A stretch of DNA of 32,000 nucleotides. Source: Candidatus Saccharimonadota bacterium. GTDB taxonomy: Bacteria; Pseudomonadota; Gammaproteobacteria; Burkholderiales; Burkholderiaceae. Positions within the stretch are counted from its first letter, which is position 1. Every line of letters starts with the position of its first letter. Below are positions 18,425-28,315 of the stretch, piece by piece. Below the pieces are notes generated by a model. That model ran no database searches. It was not told the DNA's origin and was given only the letters and a program-made list of their open reading frames with translations. The position numbers and the translations under genes were made by a program. The stretch covers positions 150,001 to 182,000 of the forward strand of contig NZ_OZ026462.1 of the NCBI RefSeq assembly GCF_964019745.1. The letters run 5' to 3'.

Positions 18425-20794
18425 TTAAAAATTTCTTAATTTTATTTTATAAATTTTAGAGATTTCTTTAATAATAGAATTAATAATTAAATTAATAATT
18501 TTAGAATTTAAATTTTCTGTTTTTCCTTGAATTATTATTTTGAAAGAAAGACTTTTTTTATTTTTTTTTATTAATATATCTTTATATTGATCAAATAATA
18601 TTATTTTTTTTATAAAATTAAAATTTTTATTTATTTTTTTAATTTTTTTAAAAGTTTTAAATATTGATTGAACTTGAATTTTTTCATCTATTATAAATGA
18701 TATATCTCTAGATATTTCTGGAAAATTAGAAATTTTTTTATATTTAATTTTTTTTTTTTTTTTAAATGCTTTAGCTTTTATTTCAAAAATTATTGGTGTA
18801 AGTTTTAAATTATATTTTTTTTGTAAATATGGATGTATTATTCCTATAAATCCAATTTTTTTTTTATTTAAAATTATTTTTAAAGAATATTTTGGATGAA
18901 ATGATGGATGATATGTATTATAAAAATATAATTTATGTTGTATAAATAAATTTTCTAAATCTGATTTAATATCAAAAAAATCTATATTGCGTGATTTAAC
19001 CCCCCATTGCTCATCAAATAATTTTCCATAACTTATACAAGTTATATATTTTTCTTGTTTATAACCTTTTATTTTATATTGACTATTTTGAATATTTTTA
19101 TTTATTTTAAAAATTGTACCTATTTCAAATAAACGTATTCTATTTTTTTTATATTTAATATTATGTTTAATATTAATTATTAAATTTGGTATTAAAGATG
19201 ATCTTAAAACATTCATTTTATTTGAAATTGGGTTAAGTATTTTAATTTGTTTTGTATTTTTCATAAAATCTGTTTCTAATTTATCACTTGTAAAACTATA
19301 ATTTATTACTTCTTGATAATCAAGGTTTGCAATTAAATTTCTTATTTTTGTAAATGGTATATTTTTTTTTGGAGTTAATTCTATTATATTTATAGTTTTT
19401 GGAGGAATACTAGGAATATTTTTATATCCATATATTCTAGCAATTTCTTCAATTATATCTTCTTCTATTTTTAAATCAAATCTATAATTAGGAGGAGTTA
19501 AATAAAAAATATTTTTTTTTTTATAACTAGTGATATTTAATTTTTTAAAAATTTTTTCAATTTTTTTATTTTCTATATTTATACCAATAATTTTTTTGAT
19601 TTTTTTTTTTTTAAATTGTATTATTTTTTGTTTATATTTATTTATTAAAATATCATTTATGGGTCCTATTAAAGTTTTTGAAGTACCACAAATATTAAAT
19701 ATTAAATATGTAATTCTTTCTAAAGCATTAATTATATTTAAATAATCTATTTTTTTTTCAAAAATTTTTGAAGAATTAGTAGATAAATTATATGTATTTA
19801 AAATTTTTTTTATATTTTTTTTTTTCCAACATCCAGCTTCTATATAAATATTTTTTGTTTTATTATTAACAATAATATTTTTACTATTTATAACTCCTAT
19901 TAAAGATAAAATTTTTGTTTCATCTGAAATAATTCCTATTTTTTTTTTTATTTTTATTTTTTTTTTATTTAATAAATTTATTACTTCATCTTTTTTTCCA
20001 AAATCTATATTTAAATTACCTTTTATTTTATCTAAATCTATTATATTAAAAAAAAATCCTGTTTCTAATGTTACATAATTTATAATATCTATAATTGTTG
20101 AGACTTGTTTTTTACCACTTATTTTTAATCTATATTTCATCCATATTGGTATTGGATTATTTATATTTAAATTTTTTATAATTCTTCCTGAAAAACGATT
20201 ACATAATTTATTATTAATAATATTAATTTTTAAATTATCTTTAGTATTAATAATGTTTTTATAATTTATTTTTGTTTTTATTTTAGTATTTGTTAAAGTA
20301 GCTATTTCTCTAGCAATTCCATTAATAGATAAACAATCAGGTCTATTATTAGGAATATTAAGTGTAAAAATAGTATCTTTTATATTTTTTTTAAAATAAA
20401 TTTCTCCGTTTATTTTATTTTTTGATAATTTAATAATATTTTTGTTATAATTTTCTAATAAATTTATTTCATAATAAGAAAAAAATTTTCTTTGTAAATT
20501 TTTTTTATTTTTTTTTAAACAAATAGTTTTTAATCCTAATTTAATATTAAAATTATTTGTTATAATATATATTATTTTATTTATATTAGTTTTATTTATA
20601 TGTATTTTACATATATTAATATTATTACATCTATTTATTTTAATTATTTCACCTATTATTAAATTTGTATTTGTTTTTTTGAAAATTTCAATTTTTTCTA
20701 CTTCTATTCCAGACATTGTTAATAAATTTGAAAGTTTATATGAATTAATTTTAAGATTAATTATAGTTTTTAACCAATTTTTTGAAAGTAACAT
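18425..20794 (-). CDS. pheT: Phenylalanine--tRNA ligase beta subunit
   Basis: 789 aa. 'LSKNWLK' at the N-terminus, 'NRPDCLSINGIAREIA', 'DIIEEIARIYGYKNIP', 'LFEIG'. It sits directly downstream of pheS. Confidence 0.92.
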   Translation of the reverse strand: MLLSKNWLKTIINLKINSYKLSNLLTMSGIEVEKIEIFKKTNTNLIIGEIIKINRCNNINICKIHINKTNINKIIYIITNNFNIKLGLKTICLKKNKKNLQRKFFSYYEINLLENYNKNIIKLSKNKINGEIYFKKNIKDTIFTLNIPNNRPDCLSINGIAREIATLTNTKIKTKINYKNIINTKDNLKINIINNKLCNRFSGRIIKNLNINNPIPIWMKYRLKISGKKQVSTIIDIINYVTLETGFFFNIIDLDKIKGNLNIDFGKKDEVINLLNKKKIKIKKKIGIISDETKILSLIGVINSKNIIVNNKTKNIYIEAGCWKKKNIKKILNTYNLSTNSSKIFEKKIDYLNIINALERITYLIFNICGTSKTLIGPINDILINKYKQKIIQFKKKKIKKIIGINIENKKIEKIFKKLNITSYKKKNIFYLTPPNYRFDLKIEEDIIEEIARIYGYKNIPSIPPKTINIIELTPKKNIPFTKIRNLIANLDYQEVINYSFTSDKLETDFMKNTKQIKILNPISNKMNVLRSSLIPNLIINIKHNIKYKKNRIRLFEIGTIFKINKNIQNSQYKIKGYKQEKYITCISYGKLFDEQWGVKSRNIDFFDIKSDLENLFIQHKLYFYNTYHPSFHPKYSLKIILNKKKIGFIGIIHPYLQKKYNLKLTPIIFEIKAKAFKKKKKIKYKKISNFPEISRDISFIIDEKIQVQSIFKTFKKIKKINKNFNFIKKIILFDQYKDILIKKNKKSLSFKIIIQGKTENLNSKIINLIINSIIKEISKIYKIKLRNF

Positions 20795-20847
20795 TTAAAA
20801 TTTTAATTAAAATATTAATTTTATATATTAAATTAATTTAAAATAAT

Positions 20848-21867
20848 TTATTTAAATTGTTTTAAAAAATCTAAATTTCCATTATATAGTAATTTTATAT
20901 CATTTATACCATATTTTAACATTGTTAATCTTTCAATACCTGTTCCAAAAGCAATTCCTGAAAATAAGTTAGTATTTATATTAATATTTTTCATTACATT
21001 TGGATGAATTTGTCCAGCGCCTGAAACTTCTAACCATTTATTTTTAAAATGTCCTTCTTTAAAAAGAATATCAATTTCTGCTGATGGTTCAGTAAAAGGA
21101 AAATATGAAGGTCTAAATCTAATTTTTATATTATCATTTTTAAAAAAAAATTTTATAAAATTTAAATATATATATTTTAAATTTGAAAAATTTATATTTT
21201 TATCAATCCAAAAACCTTCTATTTGATGAAACATTGGAGAATGATTTTTATCATTATCAACTCTGTAAACTTTTCCAGTAGATATAATTTTTATAGGAGG
21301 TTTATTTTTTATTGAATATCTTATTTGCATAGCGCTAGTATGAGTTCTTAATAATAATTGATTATTTTCTTTATCTTTTGCATTAATATAAAATGTATCA
21401 TGCATAGATCTTGCGGGGTGATTTTTAGGACTATTTAAAGCTGTAAAATTTATTGAATCAGTTTCAATTTCTGGACCTTCTATTTTTTTAAAACCTATAG
21501 AAAAAAAAAAATTTTCAATTTTTTCAAGTACTTTATTAATTGGATGTATATTACCAATTTTTTTTCCTCTTCCTGGTAAAGTTAAATCAATATTTTTATT
21601 TAAATTTAATTTTTTTTTTATATTAATTTTATTAAATTTAATTTTAAATTTTTTGAAAATTTTTTCTATTTTTTTTTTAATTTTATTAATTTTTATTGCT
21701 TCTTTTTTTTTTTTTTCTTTTAAAAATGTAGATAATTTTTTTATTTGTATTGTTATTTTTCCATTTTTTCCTAAATATTTTGATTTTTCATATATTAATT
21801 CATTGATATTTTTAGCTTTAGAAAATTTTTTTTTTATTTTTTTAAAAAATTCTTCAAAATTTATCAT
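20848..21867 (-). CDS. pheS: Phenylalanine--tRNA ligase alpha subunit
   Basis: 'HPINKV', 'PKNHPARSMHDTFY', 'LLRTHTSAMQIR', 'GKVYRVDNDKNHSPMFHQIEG', 'FRPSYFPFTEPSAE', 'AFGTGIERLTMLKYGI'. Confidence 0.96.
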   Translation of the reverse strand: MINFEEFFKKIKKKFSKAKNINELIYEKSKYLGKNGKITIQIKKLSTFLKEKKKKEAIKINKIKKKIEKIFKKFKIKFNKINIKKKLNLNKNIDLTLPGRGKKIGNIHPINKVLEKIENFFFSIGFKKIEGPEIETDSINFTALNSPKNHPARSMHDTFYINAKDKENNQLLLRTHTSAMQIRYSIKNKPPIKIISTGKVYRVDNDKNHSPMFHQIEGFWIDKNINFSNLKYIYLNFIKFFFKNDNIKIRFRPSYFPFTEPSAEIDILFKEGHFKNKWLEVSGAGQIHPNVMKNININTNLFSGIAFGTGIERLTMLKYGINDIKLLYNGNLDFLKQFK

Positions 21868-21885
21868 TTTTTAAATATTTTATAT

Positions 21886-22227
21886 TTATATTTTTTTTAA
21901 AATTTCAAAAAATAATTGTTTATCATTTGTTATTATATTTGATATAATTTTTCTATTTAAAATAATATTATTTTTTTTTAATTTATTTATAAAAAAATTA
22001 TATTTATAATTAATTTTTTTACATGCAGCACTAATTTTAGTTATCCAAATAGATCTAAAAAATCTTTTTTTATTTTTTCTATCTTTATAAGTATATTGTC
22101 CAGCTTTCATAATTGCTTGTTTTGCTATTCTATAAATCTTATTTCTTCTACCTCTAAAACCTTTAGCTTGTTTTAAAATTTTTTTATGTCTTTTATTTGC
22201 ATTAACTGCTCTTTTAACTCTTGGCAT
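21886..22227 (-). CDS. rplT: 50S ribosomal protein L20
   Basis: 'MPRVKRAVNANKRHKKILKQAKGFRGRRNKIYRIAKQAIMKAGQYTYKDRKNKKR' matches E. coli L20 closely. Confidence 0.97.
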   Translation of the reverse strand: MPRVKRAVNANKRHKKILKQAKGFRGRRNKIYRIAKQAIMKAGQYTYKDRKNKKRFFRSIWITKISAACKKINYKYNFFINKLKKNNIILNRKIISNIITNDKQLFFEILKKI

Positions 22228-22238
22228 ATTTTTAATAT

Positions 22239-22436
22239 TTATTTAGAAATTAACATTAATTTTATTGATGGTATATCATTTTTGTGAATTTTTATTATTT
22301 TTCTAAGTTTCCTTTTATTTTTTGTAGTTTTTTTTGTTAATATATGTCTTTTAAAAGCTTGTGCTCTTTTAATGGTTCCATTAGAAGAAATTTTAAATCT
22401 TTTTTTAGCACTACTTTTAGTTTTTTTTTTTAACAT
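22239..22436 (-). CDS. rpmI: 50S ribosomal protein L35
   Basis: '[42 protein letters not shown]' matches L35. It occupies the position between infC and rplT. Confidence 0.93.
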   Translation of the reverse strand: MLKKKTKSSAKKRFKISSNGTIKRAQAFKRHILTKKTTKNKRKLRKIIKIHKNDIPSIKLMLISK

Positions 22437-22465
22437 TTTTTATAAAAAATAAATTTTAATTTAAA

Positions 22466-22990
22466 TTAAATTTTTGGTGAGATTAATAAATTTATTTGTT
22501 TTTTATCTATTTTTGTTAATTTTTCTATTTGTCCTATAAATTTTATATTTTTTTTTATTTTTTCAATAATTTTTGTTGATTTTTTTTCAAAAGATATTTC
22601 TCTTCCTATAAAATATATAGATATTTTAATTTTATTTTTATTTATTAAAATTTTTTTTATTTTTTTAATTTTTATATTTATATCATTAAAATTTATATTT
22701 GGTTTAAATTTTATTTCTTTAGTTTGAATTATTTTTTTTTTAAATTTTATTTTTTGTTCTTTTTTTTCTTTTATATATTGAAATTTACCATAATTTATTA
22801 ATTTTACTATTGGTGGTTTTGCATTTGAATTTATTTCTACTAAATCTGTATTTTTTTTTTTTGCTATTAAAATAGCAATTTTTAAATTCATAATTCCTAA
22901 TTGTTCATTATTTATACCTACTAAACGTATTTTAGTAGCGATAATTCTATTTTTTGTTTTTTTTTTTTTAAATATTTTTTTTTTTTTCAT
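22466..22990 (-). CDS. infC: Translation initiation factor IF-3
   Basis: 'IRLVGINNEQLGIMNLKIAILIAKKKNTDLVEINSNAKPPIVKLINYGKFQY' matches E. coli IF3. The longest ORF starts at the ATG at 22990, 23 nt inside thrS. The start codon is uncertain, because IF3 classically uses AUU. Confidence 0.9.
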   Translation of the reverse strand: MKKKKIFKKKKTKNRIIATKIRLVGINNEQLGIMNLKIAILIAKKKNTDLVEINSNAKPPIVKLINYGKFQYIKEKKEQKIKFKKKIIQTKEIKFKPNINFNDINIKIKKIKKILINKNKIKISIYFIGREISFEKKSTKIIEKIKKNIKFIGQIEKLTKIDKKQINLLISPKI

Positions 22991-24884
22991 TTTTTAATTT
23001 TGATTTTATTTTTTTTATAAAATTTTTAATTGAGATATTTTCAAAATTATTTTTTTTTCTTTTTCTTATAGTAATTGTTTTAGTTTTATATTCTTTTTTT
23101 CCTATTATAATAATATAAAAAGGTTTTTTAATTATACTTTTTTTAATTTTATAATTAATTCTTTCATTATTTAAATTAATTTTTGTTCTAAAATTATATT
23201 TTTTAAAAATTTTATAAATTTCTAAAGTATATTTAGAATATTTTTCTGAAATGTTTAATATTAATATTTGAATAGGTGATAACCATAAAGGCATTGATCC
23301 AGAATAATTTTCTATTAAAATTGCTATAAATCTTTCTAAAGATCCAATTATTGCTCTATGTAACATTATAGGAGTTTTATAATTATTTTTTTTATTAATA
23401 TATTTTACATTTAATTTTTTAGGCATTAATAAATCAATTTGTATTGTTCCACATTGCCAATATCTTCCTAGTGAATCTTGTAAATGATATTCAATTTTTG
23501 GTCCATAAAATGCTCCTTCGCCTTTTATTTTTTGTATTTTAAAATTAGTAAAAAAATTAGTTGCTTTTTTAAGTTCATTTTCTGCAAAATCCCATTTATA
23601 TTCTTTACCAATTCTATTTTTAGGTCTTAATGCTAATTTAATTATTATATTTTTAAAACCAAATTTTTTATAAACTTTACAAGCAATTTTATGAAAATTA
23701 ATAATTTCATTTTGTATTTGTTTTTTTGTACAAAAAATATGTCCATCATCTTGTGTGAATTCTTTAACTCTCATTAAACCATGTAATGAACCTGAAGTTT
23801 CATTTCTATAACATTTACCAAATTCTCCATATTTTATAGGTAATTCACGATAACTTTTAGGTTTAAAATTAAACATTTGAATATGTCCAGGACAATTCAT
23901 TGGTTTTAATGCAAAAATTTTTTTTTTATTTTTTATAATTAACATATTTTTTTTATAATTTTGCCAATGTCCTGTTTTTTTCCATAAAATTTTTTCTAAA
24001 ATTTCAGGAGTTTTTATTTCTTTATAATTATTTTTTTTATATATTTTACGCATAAATTTTTTAATTTCTTCTCTTATTATCCATCCACTTTCATGCCAAA
24101 ATATAAATCCAGGAGCTTCATTTTGAAAATGAAATAAGTTTAATTTTTTACCTATTATTCTATGATCTCTTTTTTTTAATTCTTTTAATTGATTTAAATA
24201 ATTAATTTGTTCTTTTTTATTCTCCCATGCTGTTCCATATATTCTGTATAACATTTTATTTTTAGAATTTCCTTCCCAATATGCTCCTGATAATTTTATT
24301 AATTTGAAAATTTTTATATCTCCTGTATATGAAACATGTGGACCTTTACATAAATCTGAAAATTTACCTTGTGTATATATTGAAATTTCTTGATTATTTA
24401 TTTTTTTTTTTAAAATTTTAATTTTAAAAAATTCTTTTTTTAATTTAAAAAAATTAATTGCTTCTTGATAAGTTAATATTTTTTTTTTTATAGGTTTATT
24501 TTTATTTGATAAATATAACATTTTTTTTTCTATTTTTAACAAATCTTTCTTATTTATTTTTTTTTTATAATAAAAATCGTAATAAAAACCATTATTAATA
24601 ACTGGTCCTATTGCTATTTGAGATTTTGGATATAATTCTTTTATTGCATTTGCTAATAAATGTGCTGTTGAATGTCTTAAAATTTTTATTCCTTCTTTAT
24701 CTTTTAAAGTAATAAATTTTATTTTTAAATTTTTATTAATAATAAAAGATAAATCTACTAATTTATTATTAATTTTTGCAGCTAAAATTTTTTTTTTAAT
24801 TTTTAATTTTTTTATAATTTTTTTTATAGATATTGGTTTATTTGTTTGAAATATTTTTTTTTTTGGTAAATTTATTGTTATCAT
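22968..24884 (-). CDS. thrS: Threonine--tRNA ligase
   Basis: 638 aa. 'LRHSTAHLLANAIKELYP', 'GPVINNGFYYDF', 'RDHRIIGKKLNLFHF', 'MNCPGHIQMF', 'SYRELPIKYGEFGKCYRNE.SGSLHGLMRVKEFTQDDGHIFC', 'HRAIIGSLERFIAILIE'. Confidence 0.96.
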   Translation of the reverse strand: MITINLPKKKIFQTNKPISIKKIIKKLKIKKKILAAKINNKLVDLSFIINKNLKIKFITLKDKEGIKILRHSTAHLLANAIKELYPKSQIAIGPVINNGFYYDFYYKKKINKKDLLKIEKKMLYLSNKNKPIKKKILTYQEAINFFKLKKEFFKIKILKKKINNQEISIYTQGKFSDLCKGPHVSYTGDIKIFKLIKLSGAYWEGNSKNKMLYRIYGTAWENKKEQINYLNQLKELKKRDHRIIGKKLNLFHFQNEAPGFIFWHESGWIIREEIKKFMRKIYKKNNYKEIKTPEILEKILWKKTGHWQNYKKNMLIIKNKKKIFALKPMNCPGHIQMFNFKPKSYRELPIKYGEFGKCYRNETSGSLHGLMRVKEFTQDDGHIFCTKKQIQNEIINFHKIACKVYKKFGFKNIIIKLALRPKNRIGKEYKWDFAENELKKATNFFTNFKIQKIKGEGAFYGPKIEYHLQDSLGRYWQCGTIQIDLLMPKKLNVKYINKKNNYKTPIMLHRAIIGSLERFIAILIENYSGSMPLWLSPIQILILNISEKYSKYTLEIYKIFKKYNFRTKINLNNERINYKIKKSIIKKPFYIIIIGKKEYKTKTITIRKRKKNNFENISIKNFIKKIKSKLKNEKKKNI

Positions 24885-25004
24885 TATTTTAAAAAAAAAT
24901 ATTTTTTAAAAAATAATTAAAATTTATTTTTTTTTAAAAAAAGATAAATTTATTAAAAATAAATTTTAATATTATAAATTTTAATTATTTAAGAAAATTT
25001 TATT

Positions 25005-25078
25005 CGGAATGGACGGGATTCGAACCCGCGACCCTTGGCTTGACAAGCCAATATTCTAACCGATTGAACTACCATTCC
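25005..25078 (-). tRNA. tRNA-Asp (anticodon GUC)
   Basis: The reverse complement reads GGAATGG/TA/GTTC-AATCGGTTA-GAAT/A/TTGGC-TTGTCAA-GCCAA/GGGTC/GCGGG-TTCGAAT-CCCGT/CCATTCC/G. It closely resembles E. coli tRNA-Asp and has no encoded CCA. Confidence 0.92.
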
Positions 25079-25218
25079 TAATATTTTTATTTTTTTATAT
25101 TATCTATTTTTATTAATATAAATGCAAGTTTTTTTTTTTTTAAAAAAAAATAATTTTAATAAATAAATTTAATAAAATTTTGTTTATAATAATTTATATA
25201 TATATAATTATTTTTAAA

Positions 25219-25292
25219 AGGGGAATAGCCAAGTTTGGTTAAGGCACCGGATTTTGATTCCGGGATCCAAGGTTCGAATCCTTGTTCCCCTG
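25219..25292 (+). tRNA. tRNA-Gln (anticodon UUG)
   Basis: AGGGGAA/TA/GCC-AAGTTTGGTTAA-GGC/A/CCGGA-TTTTGAT-TCCGG/GATC/CAAGG-TTCGAAT-CCTTG/TTCCCCT/G. It resembles E. coli tRNA-Gln ('GCCAAG..GGTAAGGCACCGG'). It lies upstream of prs, which as far as I recall is also the arrangement in Burkholderiales; I have not verified this. Confidence 0.92.
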
Positions 25293-25349
25293 TTTAATTT
25301 ATTTTAAAATTATTTTTTTTTAAAATTTTATTTTTTTTAAAAAAAAATA

Positions 25350-26297
25350 TTGAATTATAAAAATTTAATGATATTTGCTGGTAATTCAAATATTGATTTA
25401 GCCAAAAGTATTGCAAATAAAATTGGTGTTCCTTTAGGAATTTCTAAAATTTTTAAATTTTCTGATGGTGAAATTTTTGTTGAAATAAAAGAAAATGTAC
25501 GTGAAAAAATTGTTTTTATTTTACAATCTTTAAGTTTTCCATCTAGTGAAAATCTTATGGAAATAGTTATTATGGCTGATGCTTTAAAAAGAGCTTCTGC
25601 TTCTTGTATTATTGCTGCTATACCATATTTTGGGTATGCTAGACAAGATAGACGTACTTATTTATCTAGAACAGCTATTTCTGCTAAAGTTGTTGCTAAT
25701 ATTTTAGAAAAATCTGGGATTAATAAAATATTATTTATTGATTTACATTCAGAACAAATACAAGGTTTTTTTAATATTCCTGTTAATAATTTATATACTT
25801 CTAAAATTTTTTTAAATGATTTAAAAAAAAAAAAATATAAGAAACTTTCTATAGTATCTCCAGATTTTGGTGGAATTATTAGAGCAAGATTTTTTGCTAA
25901 AAAATTAAATTGTAATTTAATAATTATAGATAAATATAGGGAAAAAATAAATACTTTAGAAGTAATGAATGTTATAGGTTCAGTTGATGGACAAAATTGT
26001 ATTATTATAGATGATATAATAGATACAGCTGGTACTATTGTTAAAGTTGCAAAAATATTAAAAAAAAAAAATGCTAAAAAAATTATAGCTTATTGTACAC
26101 ATCCTGTATTATCAGGAAATTCTTTAGAATATATTTCTTCTTCTTGTTTAGAAGAATTAGTAATTACTAATACAATTAAAATTTCTAAAAAAGTTAAATT
26201 TTGTAAAAAAATTCGTCAATTAAGTTGTTCTAATTTATTAGTAGAATCTTTTAAAAGAATAATTTCTGGTGAATCTATTATGTCATTATTTATATAA
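25350..26297 (+). CDS. prs: Ribose-phosphate pyrophosphokinase (PRPP synthetase)
   Basis: 'MIFAGNSN', 'FSDGEIFVEIKENVR', 'NLMEIVIMADALKRASA', 'AAIPYFGYARQDRR', 'DLHSEQIQGFF', 'IIIDDIIDTAGT', 'CTHPVLSG'. The track start at 25350 is a TTG; the ATG at 25368 (MIFAGN...) is an equally plausible start. Confidence 0.95.
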   Translation: MNYKNLMIFAGNSNIDLAKSIANKIGVPLGISKIFKFSDGEIFVEIKENVREKIVFILQSLSFPSSENLMEIVIMADALKRASASCIIAAIPYFGYARQDRRTYLSRTAISAKVVANILEKSGINKILFIDLHSEQIQGFFNIPVNNLYTSKIFLNDLKKKKYKKLSIVSPDFGGIIRARFFAKKLNCNLIIIDKYREKINTLEVMNVIGSVDGQNCIIIDDIIDTAGTIVKVAKILKKKNAKKIIAYCTHPVLSGNSLEYISSSCLEELVITNTIKISKKVKFCKKIRQLSCSNLLVESFKRIISGESIMSLFI

Positions 26298-26341
26298 TAT
26301 TTAATATATATAAAATATAATATTTATTAAAAATTATTTTT

Positions 26342-26908
26342 ATGAAAATTAAAGCATCATTAAGAAAAGAAATAGGTACTAAATCAAGTCGTAGATTGCG
26401 TAATATTAATAATGTTCCTGGAGTTATTTATGGTGAAAATATTTTAGTTAAAAATATTTTTATTAACCATAATTTTTTATATTTATTAATACAAAAAAAA
26501 TATTTTTATTCTAAAATTTATAAATTAGAGATTTCTAATAATATTGAAAATGTTTTATTGCGTGATTATCAGTTACATGCTTATAAAAAAAAAATTTTAC
26601 ATGTTGATTTTCAAAGAGTTAATTTTAAAAAAAAAATTTTTATAAAAATACCTTTGTATTTTTTAAATTATGAAATTTCTCCAGCGAAAAAAATATCTTC
26701 TGGAATTATTAATTATTTTATAGATAATGTTTTAATAACTTGTTTTCCAAAATATTTACCTAAATTTATAAATGTAGATTTATCAAAAATAAAAATTAAT
26801 CAATCTATTTATTTATCGGATTTAATTTTACCAAAAGGTGTAAAACTTTTTTTTAAAAAAAATTCTATAGTAGTTAATGTTCATCCTTTAAAAAATAAAC
26901 AAGAATAA
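26342..26908 (+). CDS. rplY: 50S ribosomal protein L25 (long, Ctc/general-stress form)
   Basis: 'KASLRKEIGTKSSRRLRNINNVPGVIYG' is the L25 N-terminal signature. The 188-aa two-domain length fits the Ctc form. It follows prs; as far as I recall this prs-rplY order is also found in Betaproteobacteria. Confidence 0.85.
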   Translation: MKIKASLRKEIGTKSSRRLRNINNVPGVIYGENILVKNIFINHNFLYLLIQKKYFYSKIYKLEISNNIENVLLRDYQLHAYKKKILHVDFQRVNFKKKIFIKIPLYFLNYEISPAKKISSGIINYFIDNVLITCFPKYLPKFINVDLSKIKINQSIYLSDLILPKGVKLFFKKNSIVVNVHPLKNKQE

Positions 26909-27013
26909 TTTTTAAAATTAATATTAATAATATATATTAAATATTTTATATATAAATTTATATTTTTTTTTTATATAATTTTTTTAATTTATATTATTTA
27001 TAAAAATATATAA

Positions 27014-28315
27014 ATGTCTTATATTAATTTATATTTAAATAAAAATTTTAAAAAAAAAATAAAATTACCAGGTTCTAAAAGTATTTCTAATAGAATATTA
27101 TTATTATCTTCTTTATCTAAAGGTATAACTATTATAAAAGAAATATTAATATCTGAAGATACATTAGTAATGTTTAATATTTTAAAAAATTTAGGAATTA
27201 ATTTATATTTTGATTATATAAATAATAATTTTATTATTTATGGTTGTAAAAAAAATTTTCCTATTAAAAAAAATAATTTATTTGTTGGAAATGCTGGAAC
27301 TGTTATTCGTCCATTAATTTCTATATTATCTATATTAGGTGGAGAATATATATTATTTGGTACAAAAAGAATGCATAATAGACCTATTAAAGATTTAATA
27401 GTTGTTTTAAAAAAAATAGGTATGAATATTAAATATTTAAAAAATATTGGTTATCCTCCTTTATATATATCTTATGGAAAATTTAAAATTTCTAAATTAA
27501 ATATTAAGTGTGATATTTCTAGTCAATTTTTAACTTCTTTATTAATAGGCTTAGGTTTATTATCAAAAAAATATAAGTTTATATTTATTAAAATTTTAGG
27601 AAAATTAACATCAAAACCATATATTTATATTACTATTAATTTAATGAAAATTTTTGGAATTAATGTTATTATTAATAATAATATTTTAAAAATATTTTTA
27701 AATTCTGGTTATAATAGTCCTGGTATTTTTTTAGTTGAAGGAGATGTTTCTTCTGCTTCATATTTTTTAGCTGCGGGGGTAATTTCGGGGAGTTTAATAA
27801 AAGTTAAAGGTATTGGTAGAAATAGTATTCAAGGTGATATGAAAATTATTAATATTTTAAGAATGATGGGTGGTATTATAAATGTAAAAAAAAATTATAT
27901 TGAATCTTTTTCAAAAGATTTATTATATGCAATTAATATTGATTGTAATGATTTTCCTGATTCCGCTATGGTTATAGCTATAATTTCTTTATATACAAAT
28001 AATATAAATATATTACGTAATATTTCTAATTGGAAATTTAAAGAAAGTAATCGTTTATTTGCAATGAAAAAGGAATTAAGCAAATTAGGTGCAAAAGTTA
28101 GTATTGGTGAAGATTTTATAAAAATTATTCCTCCAAAATTTATAAAATCAGCTATTATTGATACTTATGACGATCATCGTATTGCTATGTGTTTTTCTTT
28201 AGTTTCATTAAATACTTTTTTAAAGTATGGTGTTTTTATTAGGATTAATAATCCTAAATGTGTTTGTAAAACTTTTCCTAATTTTTTTTTATTTTTTAAT
28301 AAAAAAAATATATAA
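27014..28315 (+). CDS. aroA: 3-phosphoshikimate 1-carboxyvinyltransferase (EPSP synthase)
   Basis: 'LPGSKSISNRILLLSSLSKG', 'SEDTLVMFNILKNLGI', 'LFVGNAGTVIRPL', 'RMHNRPIKDL', 'SSQFLTSLLI', 'VEGDVSSASYFLAAG', 'DHRIAMCFSL'. Confidence 0.93.
   Translation: MSYINLYLNKNFKKKIKLPGSKSISNRILLLSSLSKGITIIKEILISEDTLVMFNILKNLGINLYFDYINNNFIIYGCKKNFPIKKNNLFVGNAGTVIRPLISILSILGGEYILFGTKRMHNRPIKDLIVVLKKIGMNIKYLKNIGYPPLYISYGKFKISKLNIKCDISSQFLTSLLIGLGLLSKKYKFIFIKILGKLTSKPYIYITINLMKIFGINVIINNNILKIFLNSGYNSPGIFLVEGDVSSASYFLAAGVISGSLIKVKGIGRNSIQGDMKIINILRMMGGIINVKKNYIESFSKDLLYAINIDCNDFPDSAMVIAIISLYTNNINILRNISNWKFKESNRLFAMKKELSKLGAKVSIGEDFIKIIPPKFIKSAIIDTYDDHRIAMCFSLVSLNTFLKYGVFIRINNPKCVCKTFPNFFLFFNKKNI

Noticed and set aside
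19530-19745. A 71-aa ORF antisense to pheT; likewise 21653..21874 antisense to pheS, 27895..28083 antisense to aroA, and 30062..30277 antisense to cyoD
   Set aside because: All are embedded antisense in conserved genes. They encode Phe/Ile/Lys-rich low-complexity peptides and are expected by chance when the sense strand avoids TTA/CTA/TCA in one reverse frame.
25350-25367. N-terminal extension of prs from a TTG start (MNYKNL-)
   Set aside because: Not rejected outright, but not asserted. The ATG at 25368 gives 'MIFAGNSN', matching E. coli 'MKLFAGNA'. Burkholderia Prs does have a short extension ('...GLMVFTGN'). The sequence alone cannot decide, so I kept the track coordinates and flagged the ambiguity.
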